This document shows, one piece after another, positions 46,168 to 58,000 of a stretch of 64,000 bases of DNA (the first letter of the stretch is position 1; each line of letters starts with the position of its first letter). The stretch is from the NCBI GenBank assembly GCA_002269645.1, contig NIVC01000064.1:186001-250000 (forward strand). The letters run 5' to 3'. Position numbers and translations under genes: made by a program. The notes under the pieces are model-generated. The model was not told the origin of the DNA and ran no database searches. It saw only the letters and a list, made by a program, of their open reading frames with translations. This stretch comes from Macrostomum lignano (lineage: Eukaryota).

Positions 46168-47481
46168 CATACGTCATGCGGCTGGCTCTGCGCGACGAAG
46201 ACGGCTATGAAGTGGTGCCTCATTGTAGCTCCCGCTTTCCCTGTGTCAAGCTGACCTGCCTCGCCTACGCCGATGACTTAACGCTGACCTGCTGCAGCTC
46301 CGAAGCTGCGCAGAGGGTGGTGAGCCGGCTGGCTGACGAGGGGAAGCGCGTGGGGCTCCCACATCAACTACGGCAAGACAGAGGTGCTGCATGTTGGCAT
46401 TGCCAACTCTCCACCGCTGAGGCAAGACAGAGGTGCTGCATGTTGGCATTGCCAACTCTCCACCGCTGAGGCAAGACAGAGGTGCTGCATGTTGGCATAT
46501 TGCCAACTCTCCACCGCTGAGGCAAGACAGAGGTGCTGCATGTTGGCATTGCCAACTCTCCACCGCTGAGGCAAGACAGAGGTGCTGCATGTTGGCATAT
46601 TGCCAACTCTCCACCGCTGAGGCAAGACAGAGGTGCTGCATGTTGGCATTGCCAACTCCCCACCGCTGAGGCAAGACAGAGGTGCTGCATGTTGGCATTG
46701 CCAACTCTCCACCGCTGAGGCAAGACAGAGGTGCTGCATGTTGGCATTGCCAACTCTCCACCGCTGAGGCAAGACAGAGGTGCTGCATGTTGGCATTGCC
46801 AACTCCCCACCGCTGAGGCAAGACAGAGGTGCTGCATGTTGGCATTGCCAACTCTCCATCGCTGCTTCTGCCGGACAGCAACACCATCGCCCCGTGCAAC
46901 CAGTTCAAGTATCCGGGCGTCCTGCTTACTGACCCGCATGCCATTGCCAACAACAACCGCAAGCAGCTGGCGTGGCGGGCCTCGACTCTCACCTTCTCCG
47001 CTCCATCTTCAACTGCCGGCTCGCCCTACGGGCGAGAGTAGAGACTGACCTACGGGCTGGAAGCCGTCCCTATGACTGCCACTCGTGAGGCGGGCTTAGA
47101 GGCCTGCCATCGTTACCTCCTGCGCAATGCCCTGGGCATCCGGTTCCCCGAGCGCGTGAGCAACGCCGAGCAGGAAACCCGGACCCGCGTGCCGCCCCTG
47201 GGGTCGCACTTTGCAGAGGCGATGCCAGATGTTGATCGGCCACTGCCATGCTGGCCCACACACGGGGCACCGGCCCCCGCTCGCCGACCTGCTGCTCAGC
47301 CCGCCTTGTGGCAGACTCCGCCGGGGCCAGGCGCGCTGCACCACCCTGACTGAAACTGTTCTCTCTGACTTGTAGTCTCTGGGCCTTACCCCTCAGTCTG
47401 CAGCTAGGCTGGACTCAGCTGTTTTCCACCAGCCAGTGCTTCACTGACCTGCGCCAGCGTCTGTTTAATAATACTCGTAAT
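46168..47481 (+). mobile_element. 5'-truncated, frameshifted RTE-clade LINE
   Basis: LTCLAYADDL, GL..IN..KT and FKYPG (FKYLG-like) RT/thumb motifs; TAA-rich tail; 9-bp TSD AGATACAAT at 46159-46167 and 47482-47490. Confidence 0.85.
46372..46865. repeat. 49/51-bp minisatellite, 10 units, inside the LINE RT region
   Basis: Unit GGCAAGACAGAGGTGCTGCATGTTGGCATTGCCAACTCTCCACCGCTGA. Confidence 0.95.
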
Positions 47482-47587
47482 AGATACAATACCGTGCATA
47501 TTATTAGGTTATACTAACTAACAATAAGGGCGATTTGCAGGAGTGATTCTAAATTTGTAACAGCAGAACAACTGTTGCGCAGGTGTA

Positions 47588-47615
47588 CGAGGGGCGGTTC
47601 AAAGTAATGAGAATT
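47588..47615 (+). mobile_element. Mariner-like terminal inverted repeat remnant
   Basis: TA|CGAGGGGCGGTTCAAAGTAATGAG resembles mariner TIRs; no partner end identified. Confidence 0.4.
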
Positions 47616-47926
47616 TATTATAAAAATTCGGCCCGAACCATGCACATATCTATGGCTAATGTATGTAGTACACATCGAGCACGTGAGCAAAATTAGGTCC
47701 GCTTTTTAAGACAATAGTGCAAGTAAGAATTGAGCTGGAGAAAAAGAGCAACAAAGCGATTTCAATGTCTGTGGCTAAAATATGAATGGCTTGGCTAATA
47801 CAGCCTCTACTAAATAAAAAGATTATTTACTCTTTAACAGCTAAATCCACAGCTACACAATATTAAGCTAAACAAAACCTTCCTCGATCATCTTCATCCT
47901 TGCCTGCAACGCCATCGGCAGCGGAA

Positions 47927-50815
47927 ATGTCGCACTTTGACGCCACCATGTACAACTGGCACTACGGCGTGCTGCCCAAGACTGCCAAGCTCGCCTTCAC
48001 CCCCGCCCAGACCTGCATTCTCAAGGACTATTTAGTAGTCCTGGACAGCAACATGGAGAATCTGTTTATCTTCAACCGGACCAACATGCAGCTGGAATCG
48101 CAGATTGGCACCGGAATCTGCGATCTGACAGTCTCCATCTTTCCGGTGTCTGAGGTGAGTCGCTTTGCCGCTGTGTGTTTTGTGCATTTGGCATGCCTGC
48201 TTATTTTGGGATTCACACTGCACTGCACAGCTGACCCGATACCAGTCAGGGACATTGCGCACTGCTACCCAGCTGACCCGATACCAGTCAGGGACATTGT
48301 GCACTGCTACCCAGCTGACCCGATAACAGTCAGGGACATTGTGCACTGCTACCCAGCTGACCCGATACCAGTCAGGGACATTGTGCACTGCTACCCAGCT
48401 GACCCGAAACCAGTCAGGGACATTGTGCACTGCTACCCAGCTGACCCGATAACAGTCAGGGACATTGTGCACTGCTACCCAGCTGACCCGATAACAGTCA
48501 GGGACATTGTGCACTGCTACCCAGCTGACCCGATAACAGCCACCGTTCCCGCAGAACGAGTCCAACCTGATGGTGCTGGTCAGCGGCAGTCTGGTGCAGC
48601 TGCTCAACATGGCCAACATTCACATGGAGAGCGTGAACAACGTGTTCGAGTACAGCTTCGTGGAGATCAAGTGCCGCGATGGCAGCATCGCCAGCCTGTG
48701 GACGGACCGCTGCGCCTCCAGCTACCTGGTGCTGTGGCTCAGCTGCAAGGACAATCCGCTCATCTACGAGCTCTTCGATGACAGCAGCCCGAAGATCGTG
48801 TTCGACAGGCTCGAGTGGGTCACGGCTGACCGCCTCCTGCTGGTTCGAGCTGGCAGCGTCCCCATCTGCTTCAGCGTCTTCAGCCTGGCCGCCAGGAGCT
48901 TCCTGAACCACGTGGTGATGAACATCGGCTGTGGACCGCAGAACTTTGCCGTCTCCAGCAACAACAAGAGGCTGGTGCTGTGCCAGGATGGCAACTTCAT
49001 CGTGTACGACACGGGCAACCTGAAGCGGCTGCTGTGCTGCAAATGCGACTTGGCTGAGGACTCGATGGACTTTATTGGGCTCTTCCAGGTGAGTGTGGCT
49101 GGATTGAGCTCTTCCAGGTGAGAGTGGGGCTGGACTGGGCTCTTCCAGGTGAGTGTGGGGCTGGATTGGGCTCTTCCAGGTGAGTGTGGGGCTGGATTGG
49201 GCTCTTCCAGGTGAGTGTGGGGCTGGATTGGGCTCTTCCAGGGGAGTGTGGGGCTCGATTGGGCTCTTCCAGGTGAGTGTGGGGCTGGATTGGGCTCTTC
49301 CAGGTGAGTGTGGGGCTGGATTGGGCTCTTCCAGGTGAGAGTGGGGCTGGACTGGGCTCTTCCAGGTGAGAGTGGGGCTGGACTGGGCTCTTCCAGGTGA
49401 GAGTGGGGCTGGACTGGGCTCTTCCAGGTGAGAGTGGGGCTGGACTGGGCTCTTCCAGGGGAGAGTGGGGCTGGACTGGGCTCTTCCAGGTGAAGCTAAT
49501 CTGAGTTGAGATTAACCCAGGCATAGTGAGCTCAGACATGAATCTCACAGCAGAAGTCCCGTAACTCGTCACAAATGCAACTCGCCCTCTGCCCGACTGC
49601 AGAACAACTTCATGACAGTGGGTCAGCTGACGGGCCACAAAGTGGTTCGCTACTACATCAACGAGGAGTACTGCTCGGTGGACCGAGTCAACGAGGGCAA
49701 AGTGAGCTTCGAGAGCTACGACCGGTTCAAGTCGGTGCAGCCGATCGGAGACGAGCTTCTGGTGGTCCGCTGCACCAGCAGAGATCAGCGCAGCGTGGTT
49801 CTCGGCCTCATCAACCACTTTGACGGCAACGTGTTCCAGTTTCTCAAGCTGCGACTCGGCGACATGCTCAGCCTCACGCAAAGCTGCCTGGTCACCTTTT
49901 CCAAGAAGTCGGCGGCTGATCGGCACTTCGAGCTCGCGCTGTTCGACTTCACCGCGCCAGCCGCCCCAGACGACCTGTGGCCGCGCCTCAAGCAGAAGCT
50001 GGCGGAGATTCGCAAGCACAAGAAGTCTCTGCAGGACTACTCAATCTCAAAGCAGAGGCACGTGCAGCAGCTGATGCGGGCCAAGATGCTCGAGCTCAAC
50101 AGGAGCCACTTGAATGAGCTCAAGCGAATCGCCAAGAATCCCGTGTACATGTCTAAGGCTGCCGCTCAGGACGAGTCCGTGGTGACTGTGAGTTAGCTGA
50201 GAACTGCAGTTCTATTGAGTAATATCTAACAGGGGCGTCGCTGAAGAGTGGGTCGAGTCCCTAATAGAAAAATTCACGAAGAGCAAGCTGTATAATGCGT
50301 GCTTGAAACAAGAAAGAAATGCAAGACAAAGTTCACTAACACCTGTATCTTTTACTGTTGAAGATATTTAGGATAGTCAAACATTTCGAGGCCAAAAAAC
50401 TGTACGTGCACTCCATAAAATCTTTTGCGACGCCTTTGTCATATCATTCAATGCAAGTTGTCAACTTCTGGTTTAACCTTCGCTTCTCCTCATATAGAGC
50501 AGGCTAGTCTCCCACTCGCTTTCTGAGCAGTGCCCCGATGAGGAGGACCAGCTTTATCACCAGCAGCAAAAGCATCAGCATCAGCAAAAGCAACAACAAC
50601 AGCAGCAGAAGCAGCAGCTGCACGCTATCTGGGAGAACTACTATCAGCGGTGCGGAGGACTAAGAGACGGCGACTCAACCGGAGTTGCGACGGCGGCTGC
50701 TCAGCAGCAGGAGGCTCACAACAGCGAGAGCATCGTCATCAAGAGCAAGCTCAAGCAGCAGGTGAGCAGCGGATCGTCAGGCAGCACGCCGTTGCGTAAG
50801 CAGAGAAAACAGTGA
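47927..50815 (+). CDS. Uncharacterised 554-aa protein: beta-strand-rich (propeller-like) body, coiled coil, polyQ tail; exons 47927-48154, 48555-49088, 49603-50187, 50498-50815
   Basis: Four phase-0 GT-AG junctions give an open frame with GC-rich codon usage; no family recognised. Confidence 0.75.
48228..48540. repeat. 42-bp minisatellite, about 7 units, intron 1 of the plus-strand gene
   Basis: Unit CTGACCCGATAACAGTCAGGGACATTGTGCACTGCTACCCAG. Confidence 0.95.
49074..49493. repeat. 31-bp minisatellite, 14 units, each containing the exon-2/intron-2 junction
   Basis: Unit GGGCTCTTCCAG|GTGAGTGTGGGGCTGGATT. Confidence 0.95.
50230..50438. mobile_element. MITE-like element in intron 3 of the plus-strand gene
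   Basis: Inverted ends CAGGGGCGTCGC ... GCGACGCCTTTG; no clear TSD. Confidence 0.45.
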
Positions 50816-51592
50816 AGCGCGTGGATGAACTCAACATGGATACCGGATTATTTTGGAAGACAAAGGACACAAGTGCGGATTCTACTCAAACCTTTTCTAA
50901 TTAGATAATCCGTACCTTTACTACCTAATAACGATAGTCTAACCAACCGTGTTATAAAGGTGTTAACCTCCTGTTTTACAGTGCAAAGTTTGCTTGTAAA
51001 AAACCGACACCCGGCGATATAAAAAAGTGCGAGTCTTCAGTTATAGAAATATTTTTTCTTAACTAAAAATAATAAAGCGATAGTGGTTTCGCCGAACTCT
51101 GTGAAACCCAAAATAAAAAAGGCTATACGAATGCCGGCATACTTTGTAGACAATTTATTTGGCCTTTATCTTGAGTTTTTTATTACATATAGCAACTCAA
51201 GGAAGATTAAAATAAGAGTCGAGGAAGAAAGACTTGCCAGTTCGATTCGGAGTAACGGATCTTGGCCTCATTTCACCACCCTGAGCCTTGGTTTTCAAGC
51301 TTTCTCAAGATATCGATTTTTTAACCGAATTTGTCGATTGCACAGAGAATATACTGTGCTCGAGATAGAGCATACTGAGGGAGCCTTAGCAACCAGTTGA
51401 TTTCTAAGAAAATTGACTGTACCGATTTTATCTCAAGCAGAATCGGCTACAGATTCGGTATTGCCTAACACAAGAGAAAGCTCACGGAGCTTCAGACTCA
51501 TTCCGAGTTACTGACCGCATTGGAGATTACAGGACTCAAGCACCGTCATATGCCACAGTTACACGCTGCTACACAAGGACAATTTAAGTAGA

Positions 51593-52073
51593 AGGACGCA
51601 ACACTCGAAATCTATGGTAAATGTTTTGAAGGCAACTTTTCGCCGAAAAATACACTACAGAGATGAGAGGTTTTAATTTCTTTCAGAACAAAATTTGTTA
51701 TTGCTTTTGATAGGAGGCAGATCCAGGTGTTAATCTTTTGATATGTTGTGCCTTTCTTATTTCTCTATCGATATTCATAAAGCTTTTCGTCCAGAAATGG
51801 TTTTAAAGGCAGGTTTCACCGGAAAAATACACTACGGAGATAGGAAATTTCACGATTTTCAACACTAAAACAGTGATTGGGTCTCTTAACAGTGTTAGAG
51901 AAAGTCCTAATCACACTATTTTGTGCCTCACATGCTGCTCTAACGACGCATTAATCGATTCTTCATGTTAAATTGGTCTGTCATTATTTTAAACGTTTTT
52001 TTCAAGTGACAGACAAATTAACAGGAAAAATTGCCTTCAAAACATTAACCATAGATTTCGAGTGTAGCGTCCT
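51593..52073. mobile_element. MITE with about 50-bp terminal inverted repeats
   Basis: AGGACGCAACACTCGAAATCTATGGTAAATGTTTTGAAGGCAA versus TTGCCTTCAAAACATTAACCATAGATTTCGAGTGTAGCGTCCT. Confidence 0.75.
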
Positions 52074-53818
52074 ATATCTATGTTACCTGAGTAGTCCTTG
52101 GCTGGTACATTGAGTTCCAGGGCCACACGATTCAACCGAGGAGCCTACTTTGAAGGATTTTAATAAAGAACTTTAACTAGTCGAAATGCAAAACTTCTGA
52201 AGCATCCCACCTGTATCTATCTGCCTTTTGAAACTCCTTTTAAGACTTGTTGTCTACTTGTTTTGGACTTGCTTGATCTATCTAGTCTAGAGACTGTAAA
52301 ACATCTATCCTATAAGAGAAAATTAAAATCACGGAACACAAAATTCGATGTTTTATTTGCGCTGATTTGAGTTCACTTTTGTGCAACAGTTTATATATTA
52401 TTGATTGGATGAAATCAAACCCAGGTTAAACACACTGCCCAATGACGCTGACAACAGAAGAGATCTGGGAAGCAGCAACACAGAAAAGCAAAAAAACAGC
52501 TGATGCCTAAAAAAGGAAGTAGACAATATTAATATAGTCAGTTGAAATAAAGTAATATAGCCAAGCATCGAGTAGGTAAACTAGACAAGCGACTCGCTTC
52601 TGCATACTACTCATAGCAGCATTGATCGCATGATGGGTGTAAAAAAGCCAATTTTTTCCGCAACAAAGACAGCCAGACTAAGAATAGGGACTATGTTTTA
52701 AATAAAAAGAGAAGCCGCCCAAACACCTTTAGTAGAACAGAAAAAAACTGGATAAACACAAGTTTAGTTAGTTGTGCGCAATGCGAGTGCACGAGTTTTA
52801 TTTTTTAAATCTATTAATATGCATTGTGCCGTGCTCAAATTAAACAGATTCAGGAGGGATCCAATCAATATACGTGATTAACAACAATGTCAATACAAAG
52901 TCTTTTGTATTATTATAATTATCTTACAAATTAATAATAAAAACATAAAACAACAGAATTAAAAACCAGATATATATATGCGAGCATAATTGTGAGAATA
53001 TCCGGATTAGAAGAGCAACAATGCGATTAGATATCATAATAAGCAAAATGGGCCACAGCGAGAACAGATTAACTAGCTCATACTAATCAGGGGAAGATAA
53101 GAAGTCACATCAAACTAAAAAATTCCAATATTCGAATATCAATAAGCTGTAACAATAGTAACAATTGTTGAAAAGCGAACAAACTACATAGACGCAGAAA
53201 AGCAAAAACTCACAGATTGAATCTATTCTTCTATTCAATGATTTTTAGGTATGAATTCATAATCCTGCTGACAGACACGCAAGGTTCTTATTGCACAAGA
53301 AGCGTTAGTTTTAGTCAAAATCACAGATACTAGAATAACTAGTTGGGCCACTTAGTAAAACAGCTTTCTACTTTCAGTTCAGTAGCAAAGAAGAATACTA
53401 TAGCTATTTTATAAGATAAAGGCAGCTGAAACGACTGATAAGTTTAGAAGCCCAAAGCTTGCAGGCGTAAACAACTTGCTAATTGATTCAGCAATAATGT
53501 ACATTGGCCAGTCCACTGAAATGTACATTGCAGCTTTAGGCTGGAATTCCGAGGAATGCAATAAAAATTGGGGCAAGGTAGAGGGGGTAGAGTGGAAAGG
53601 CGCGGTTGAACGGTTTAAGCGCGGGGGTAAGAGCCAATAAATGAGCCTTGGCTTTAAATAAAAAATACACTAAAAAGCTTCGGTTTAACTTACTACTGAA
53701 CTGAAAGTAGCTTACACGCAAATGTGATGAGTGGTCCATCTAGTTATTCTTGTATATGTGGTTGGAATAAATTTATAATGAGACGGACTTAGAATTAATT
53801 ATTAATATTATCTCATAG

Positions 53819-53952
53819 GTCGGGTAACAGCAGCAGAACAAGCAGGCGACGCCCTGGCTCAAGCAGAAGCGAAACAGTTGCTTGGTCAATTACACACGAA
53901 AGATTTTATAACCGAAAATGTTTCACGATCCAAACTTGAGCCGGGCCACTAG
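53819..53952 (+). other. Candidate orphan terminal exon (RVTAAEQAGDALAQAEAKQLLGQLHTKDFITENVSRSKLEPGH*)
   Basis: Follows TCTCATAG; GC-richer than its flanks and open to a stop; upstream partner exon not identified. Confidence 0.25.
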
Positions 53953-55064
53953 GAGCAGAAGCGCACAGCCGTATGTTTTAATAATAAAAAAGCAAGATAG
54001 ATATTTAGGCAAGCAAACATAACAGCAGTTGTGTGTGGTTGTCTGTAATTAAGTAATAATTATCGATTTATAAATATACGTTAACTAGAAGCTCTATATG
54101 AGTAATGCGATTGTGCCAGCAACATGACTTGTTATTTATTAATATATTACTAAAGTGAGAGATTCGATAGACTTTTTTATATAAAATTGCCACAGAACAA
54201 CACAAGATAGTTGAATTATTAGGGAACTATTACAAAGCATTCTCAGCATACTACTAACAAACAACAGAATAAGTAGGCCAGTTTCGAATTTTTTATCACT
54301 TTAGGCCAGAAAGTGTGTTTCGCGTTATTTTGTGGCAGGCAAAACAAAACACCAATGTTTACTACATAGTTAACATAAACCAGTAACCTAATATATAAAG
54401 TTTAGTAAGCCTAACAGTATGCTGTAGTTGTTTATGATAGAATTTAAGTAGACACAGATAAACAGTTAAATTAGAAAGACAAAAAACACAAAATCTCAGG
54501 GGAGATGCTCTATCCTTATAGATGTATAGAAAGGAAAGTCAAAGTAAAAATAGTTAAACACTTCAGTAATATTATATATTGATTAGTAAAATGATCTTAG
54601 AAATGTGATATATACGTACTATAAATATTTATAAACTCAGAAAGCTTTACTGCGTATATAAATAAGCAGGTGAATGCAAACAATATTATTTATAGGTAAG
54701 ACCATTTCTTTCGGCTGTCTTTTAACAAACAAAAGGACGTGGTGTTCTAACTAAAAATGATGGTTATGCCCATATATAAATTAATATTATGTGTAAACTA
54801 TTAAAGAAAACTATTATTTGGGTGCTGGGAACTACCTGAATGCAAGTAGCAACCAACACTAGCTGAATGAATGCGGGTAGCAACCAACACTAGCTAAATG
54901 AATGTGGGTAGCAACCAAATATATATTATTTATTATCAGCATAACACATTAACAGAAAAAACATCTAAGATACTAAGACAGCTCTTTTGCAGATGAATAA
55001 ATCAAAAATGTAAGATGTGATGTGTGTTAACTTAGTCTCAGCTAGCAGAGCCTAGGCCCTACAA

Positions 55065-58000
55065 TTAGACCATAGGAGAGGCCCCAGCAGGACGCGGCTG
55101 TCCACCGCCGCCGATAATTTTCTTGGGAATCTTCGCCCCGCCGCCGCCAAGTCTGCCGCCAGGATTGGCGTTCTTGTTCTTGATGACCATCTCCTTGATG
55201 CGGTCAACCTCAGCCTGGTAGCGCTTCCTATCTCGCATAGCGCTCTCCTTGGCCTCTTTAAGCGCCGATTCCAAATCCTTGACGCGCTGAGCTGTGGCTT
55301 TCAATCGTTTCTCCATTTTGGGCACCTCGCAGCGCAGATCGGCATTGTCCCTAACTAGCTGCTTGTGCACGTTAGTTAGCGAGTCCAGATTCTTCTCCAA
55401 GAATAGAATCTTCTGCTTCTGGGCCAGGGAGCCGGACGGTTCCTCGTCTTTCTCGTCTAGATCGCCGCTCTTCTTGATGCGCTGCTGCAGATCTTGGACA
55501 AACAGTTTGCGCAGCTGGTGCAGAGTGCGCAACTCTTTGAGCACAGTGTCCTCAAGGCCCTGCAGGTCCTGCCTAGCCTGTTCGTGCCGCTCCGCCTTGC
55601 GCTCGAGCACACTGATTCTAGCCGTCAAATCTTCGGCTCGCTTCTCAGCCTCCGCTTTGCTCTCGGAGATTTGCGTATTCAAATAATTCAAATGAGTATT
55701 CTCTTCTTTGAGCTCTTCGAGTTTACGCTGCCGCTCGTGCAGATCGTCTCGCAGTTTGTGAATCTCATCTGTTAGCTGGGAGCTCTGCGATTTCACAATA
55801 GTCTCCAGCATTTTGTCCATCTTAGTTTTCAGCTCTTCCGAATTGGCGGCCGAGACTCCGCGCTCTTCAAGCATCTGGGCGAGCATTTGGTCTTTGGTGC
55901 GCAGCTCGGACAGTTCGGCATTGACCCGGTCCAGCTGCGCCTCCTGCTGGTTGCGCTCCTGCTCAATCTCGCCAATCCTAGCCGTGAGAGTCTCAACTCG
56001 AGTCTCCGCCTCTTTCAGCTTCAATTTGGCATCGCCGAGCTCCGCCTCGGCCTTCTTAACCCGGCCGCTATCGCTGGTCCGCTCGCCCTGTAGGTGATCG
56101 ACATGCGAGCGAAGGCTAACAGCCTCCGACTTCATCTTGGAGATGTTCAACCGGAGCACGGTGAATTCTTCTTCGATTTTGTCGGCGCCGCAAAACGACG
56201 GCGAGACGATGCCAAGAGAGTCGGCCAGTTCGGCGAGCTCCTTCAGCAGGGAGTTCATCATCTCTACCTGCTTCTTCTTGCTAGTGGACACAGTGTCGCG
56301 CAGTTCCTGCAGTTGGCCCTCTTTGACGCTGTCGGCGGCGCGTTGGCGCTGCAGCTCCTCCTGCAGAGTCTCATTCTCTTGCACCTGTTGTGGCATCATT
56401 TTTGTAGGGAGGACAAAACGGATTAGCTTGGGAGTTGAACAGTGAACACGAATGGGGATAAAAGACGCTTTTAAGGTAGCTTCCTATAAATTTTCAAAAT
56501 CTGTCTCACAAGGTACAGTATTGGCGCGCTTGTATGTACTCAGGAGTCAGTGGGATGGGCAGAACTGCCTCAGCGCCTGTCGAAATAGAACTATAGAACT
56601 ACATGGCGCAATCCTACACTCATAGGGCTTCAATAGGCTATCTGCTATTGCTATCTGGGGGATGCTTGCTATCTGCAGGATGCTTGCTGTCTGGGGGATG
56701 CTTGCTGTCTGGGGGATGCTTGCTATCTGCAGGATGCTTGCTGTCTGGGGGATGCTTGCTGTCTGGGGGATGCTTGTTATCTGCAGGATGCTTGCTATCT
56801 GGGGGATGCTTGCTATCTGGGGGATGCTTGCTATCTGGGGGATGCTTGTTATCTGCAGGATGCTTGCTATCTGCAGGATGCTTGCTATCTGGGGGATGCT
56901 TGCTATCTGGGGGATGCTTGCTGTCTGGGGGATGCTTGCTATCTGGGGGATGCTTGCTATCTGGGGGATGCTTGCTATCTGGGGGATGCTTGCTATCTGG
57001 GGAATGCTTGCTATCTGGGGGATGCTTGCTATCTGGGGGATGCTTGCTGTCTGGGGGGATGCTTGCTATCTGGGGGATGCTTGCTATCTGGGGAATGCTT
57101 GCTATCTGGGGGATGCTTGCTGTCTGGGGGGATGCTTGCTATCTGGGGAATGCTTGCTATCTGGGGGATGCTTGCTATCTGGGGGATGCTTGTTGTCCGG
57201 GGATGCTTGCTATCTGGGGGATGCTTGCTGTCTGGGGGATGCTTGCTATCTGGGGAATGCTTGCTATCTGGGGAATGCTTGCTATCTGGGGGATGCTTGC
57301 TATCTGGGGAATGCTTGCTATCTGGGGGATGCTTGCTGTCTGGGGGATGCTTGCTATCTGGGGAATGCTTGCTATCTGGGGAATGCTTGCTATCTGGGGG
57401 ATGCTTATTTTATTATAGAAACAATAATAAAATAAAAAACGGTACATTCCTACCTTCTCAGAAAGTTCATTATTCTTTTGATCGTAGCTCATAGCCAGCT
57501 CTTCCAGAGCCTGCAGAACCTCTTTCACTTCGGCTTTAGAAGCCTCATTCTCGCCTTGGATTCGAGTCAAATCGTTGAACATTGAGTCGTTCTCAGCTTT
57601 GAACTTCTTGCTCATCTCGTCCTGCTGTTTGAGCTGATTCTCCAGTTTGCTAATCGCCTGTTGCAGCTTATTAATCTCTTCGTCTTTCAGATCCAACTCG
57701 GCGTAGAGCTCTTCCACCTTGTTCGGATCGTCGCTGGCGCTGGTGCGGGAGGGGAGGCTGGCGGGCTGCAGGATAGGGGCCGCGCTCGAGCCGCCCGCGG
57801 CTGCTGGCGTTCCAACAGCTGAGTCGGGAGCTTCGAAATCGGCGTCTGTGACCTGCGGAGGAATTCAATTAATTTAGTTAGTGCGGCCAATAGACAGTGG
57901 GTGTGAAAATAGAGACACTAGAGGTGGGAAGAGACATTAGAGTGAAAACAGAGACAGTGGAGTGAGAATAAAGGCAGTGGGTGAGAAGAGAGACAGTATG

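Noticed and set aside
51083-51590. 105-aa ORF and neighbouring short frames
   Set aside because: AT-rich, no recognisable domain and no consistent splice chain.
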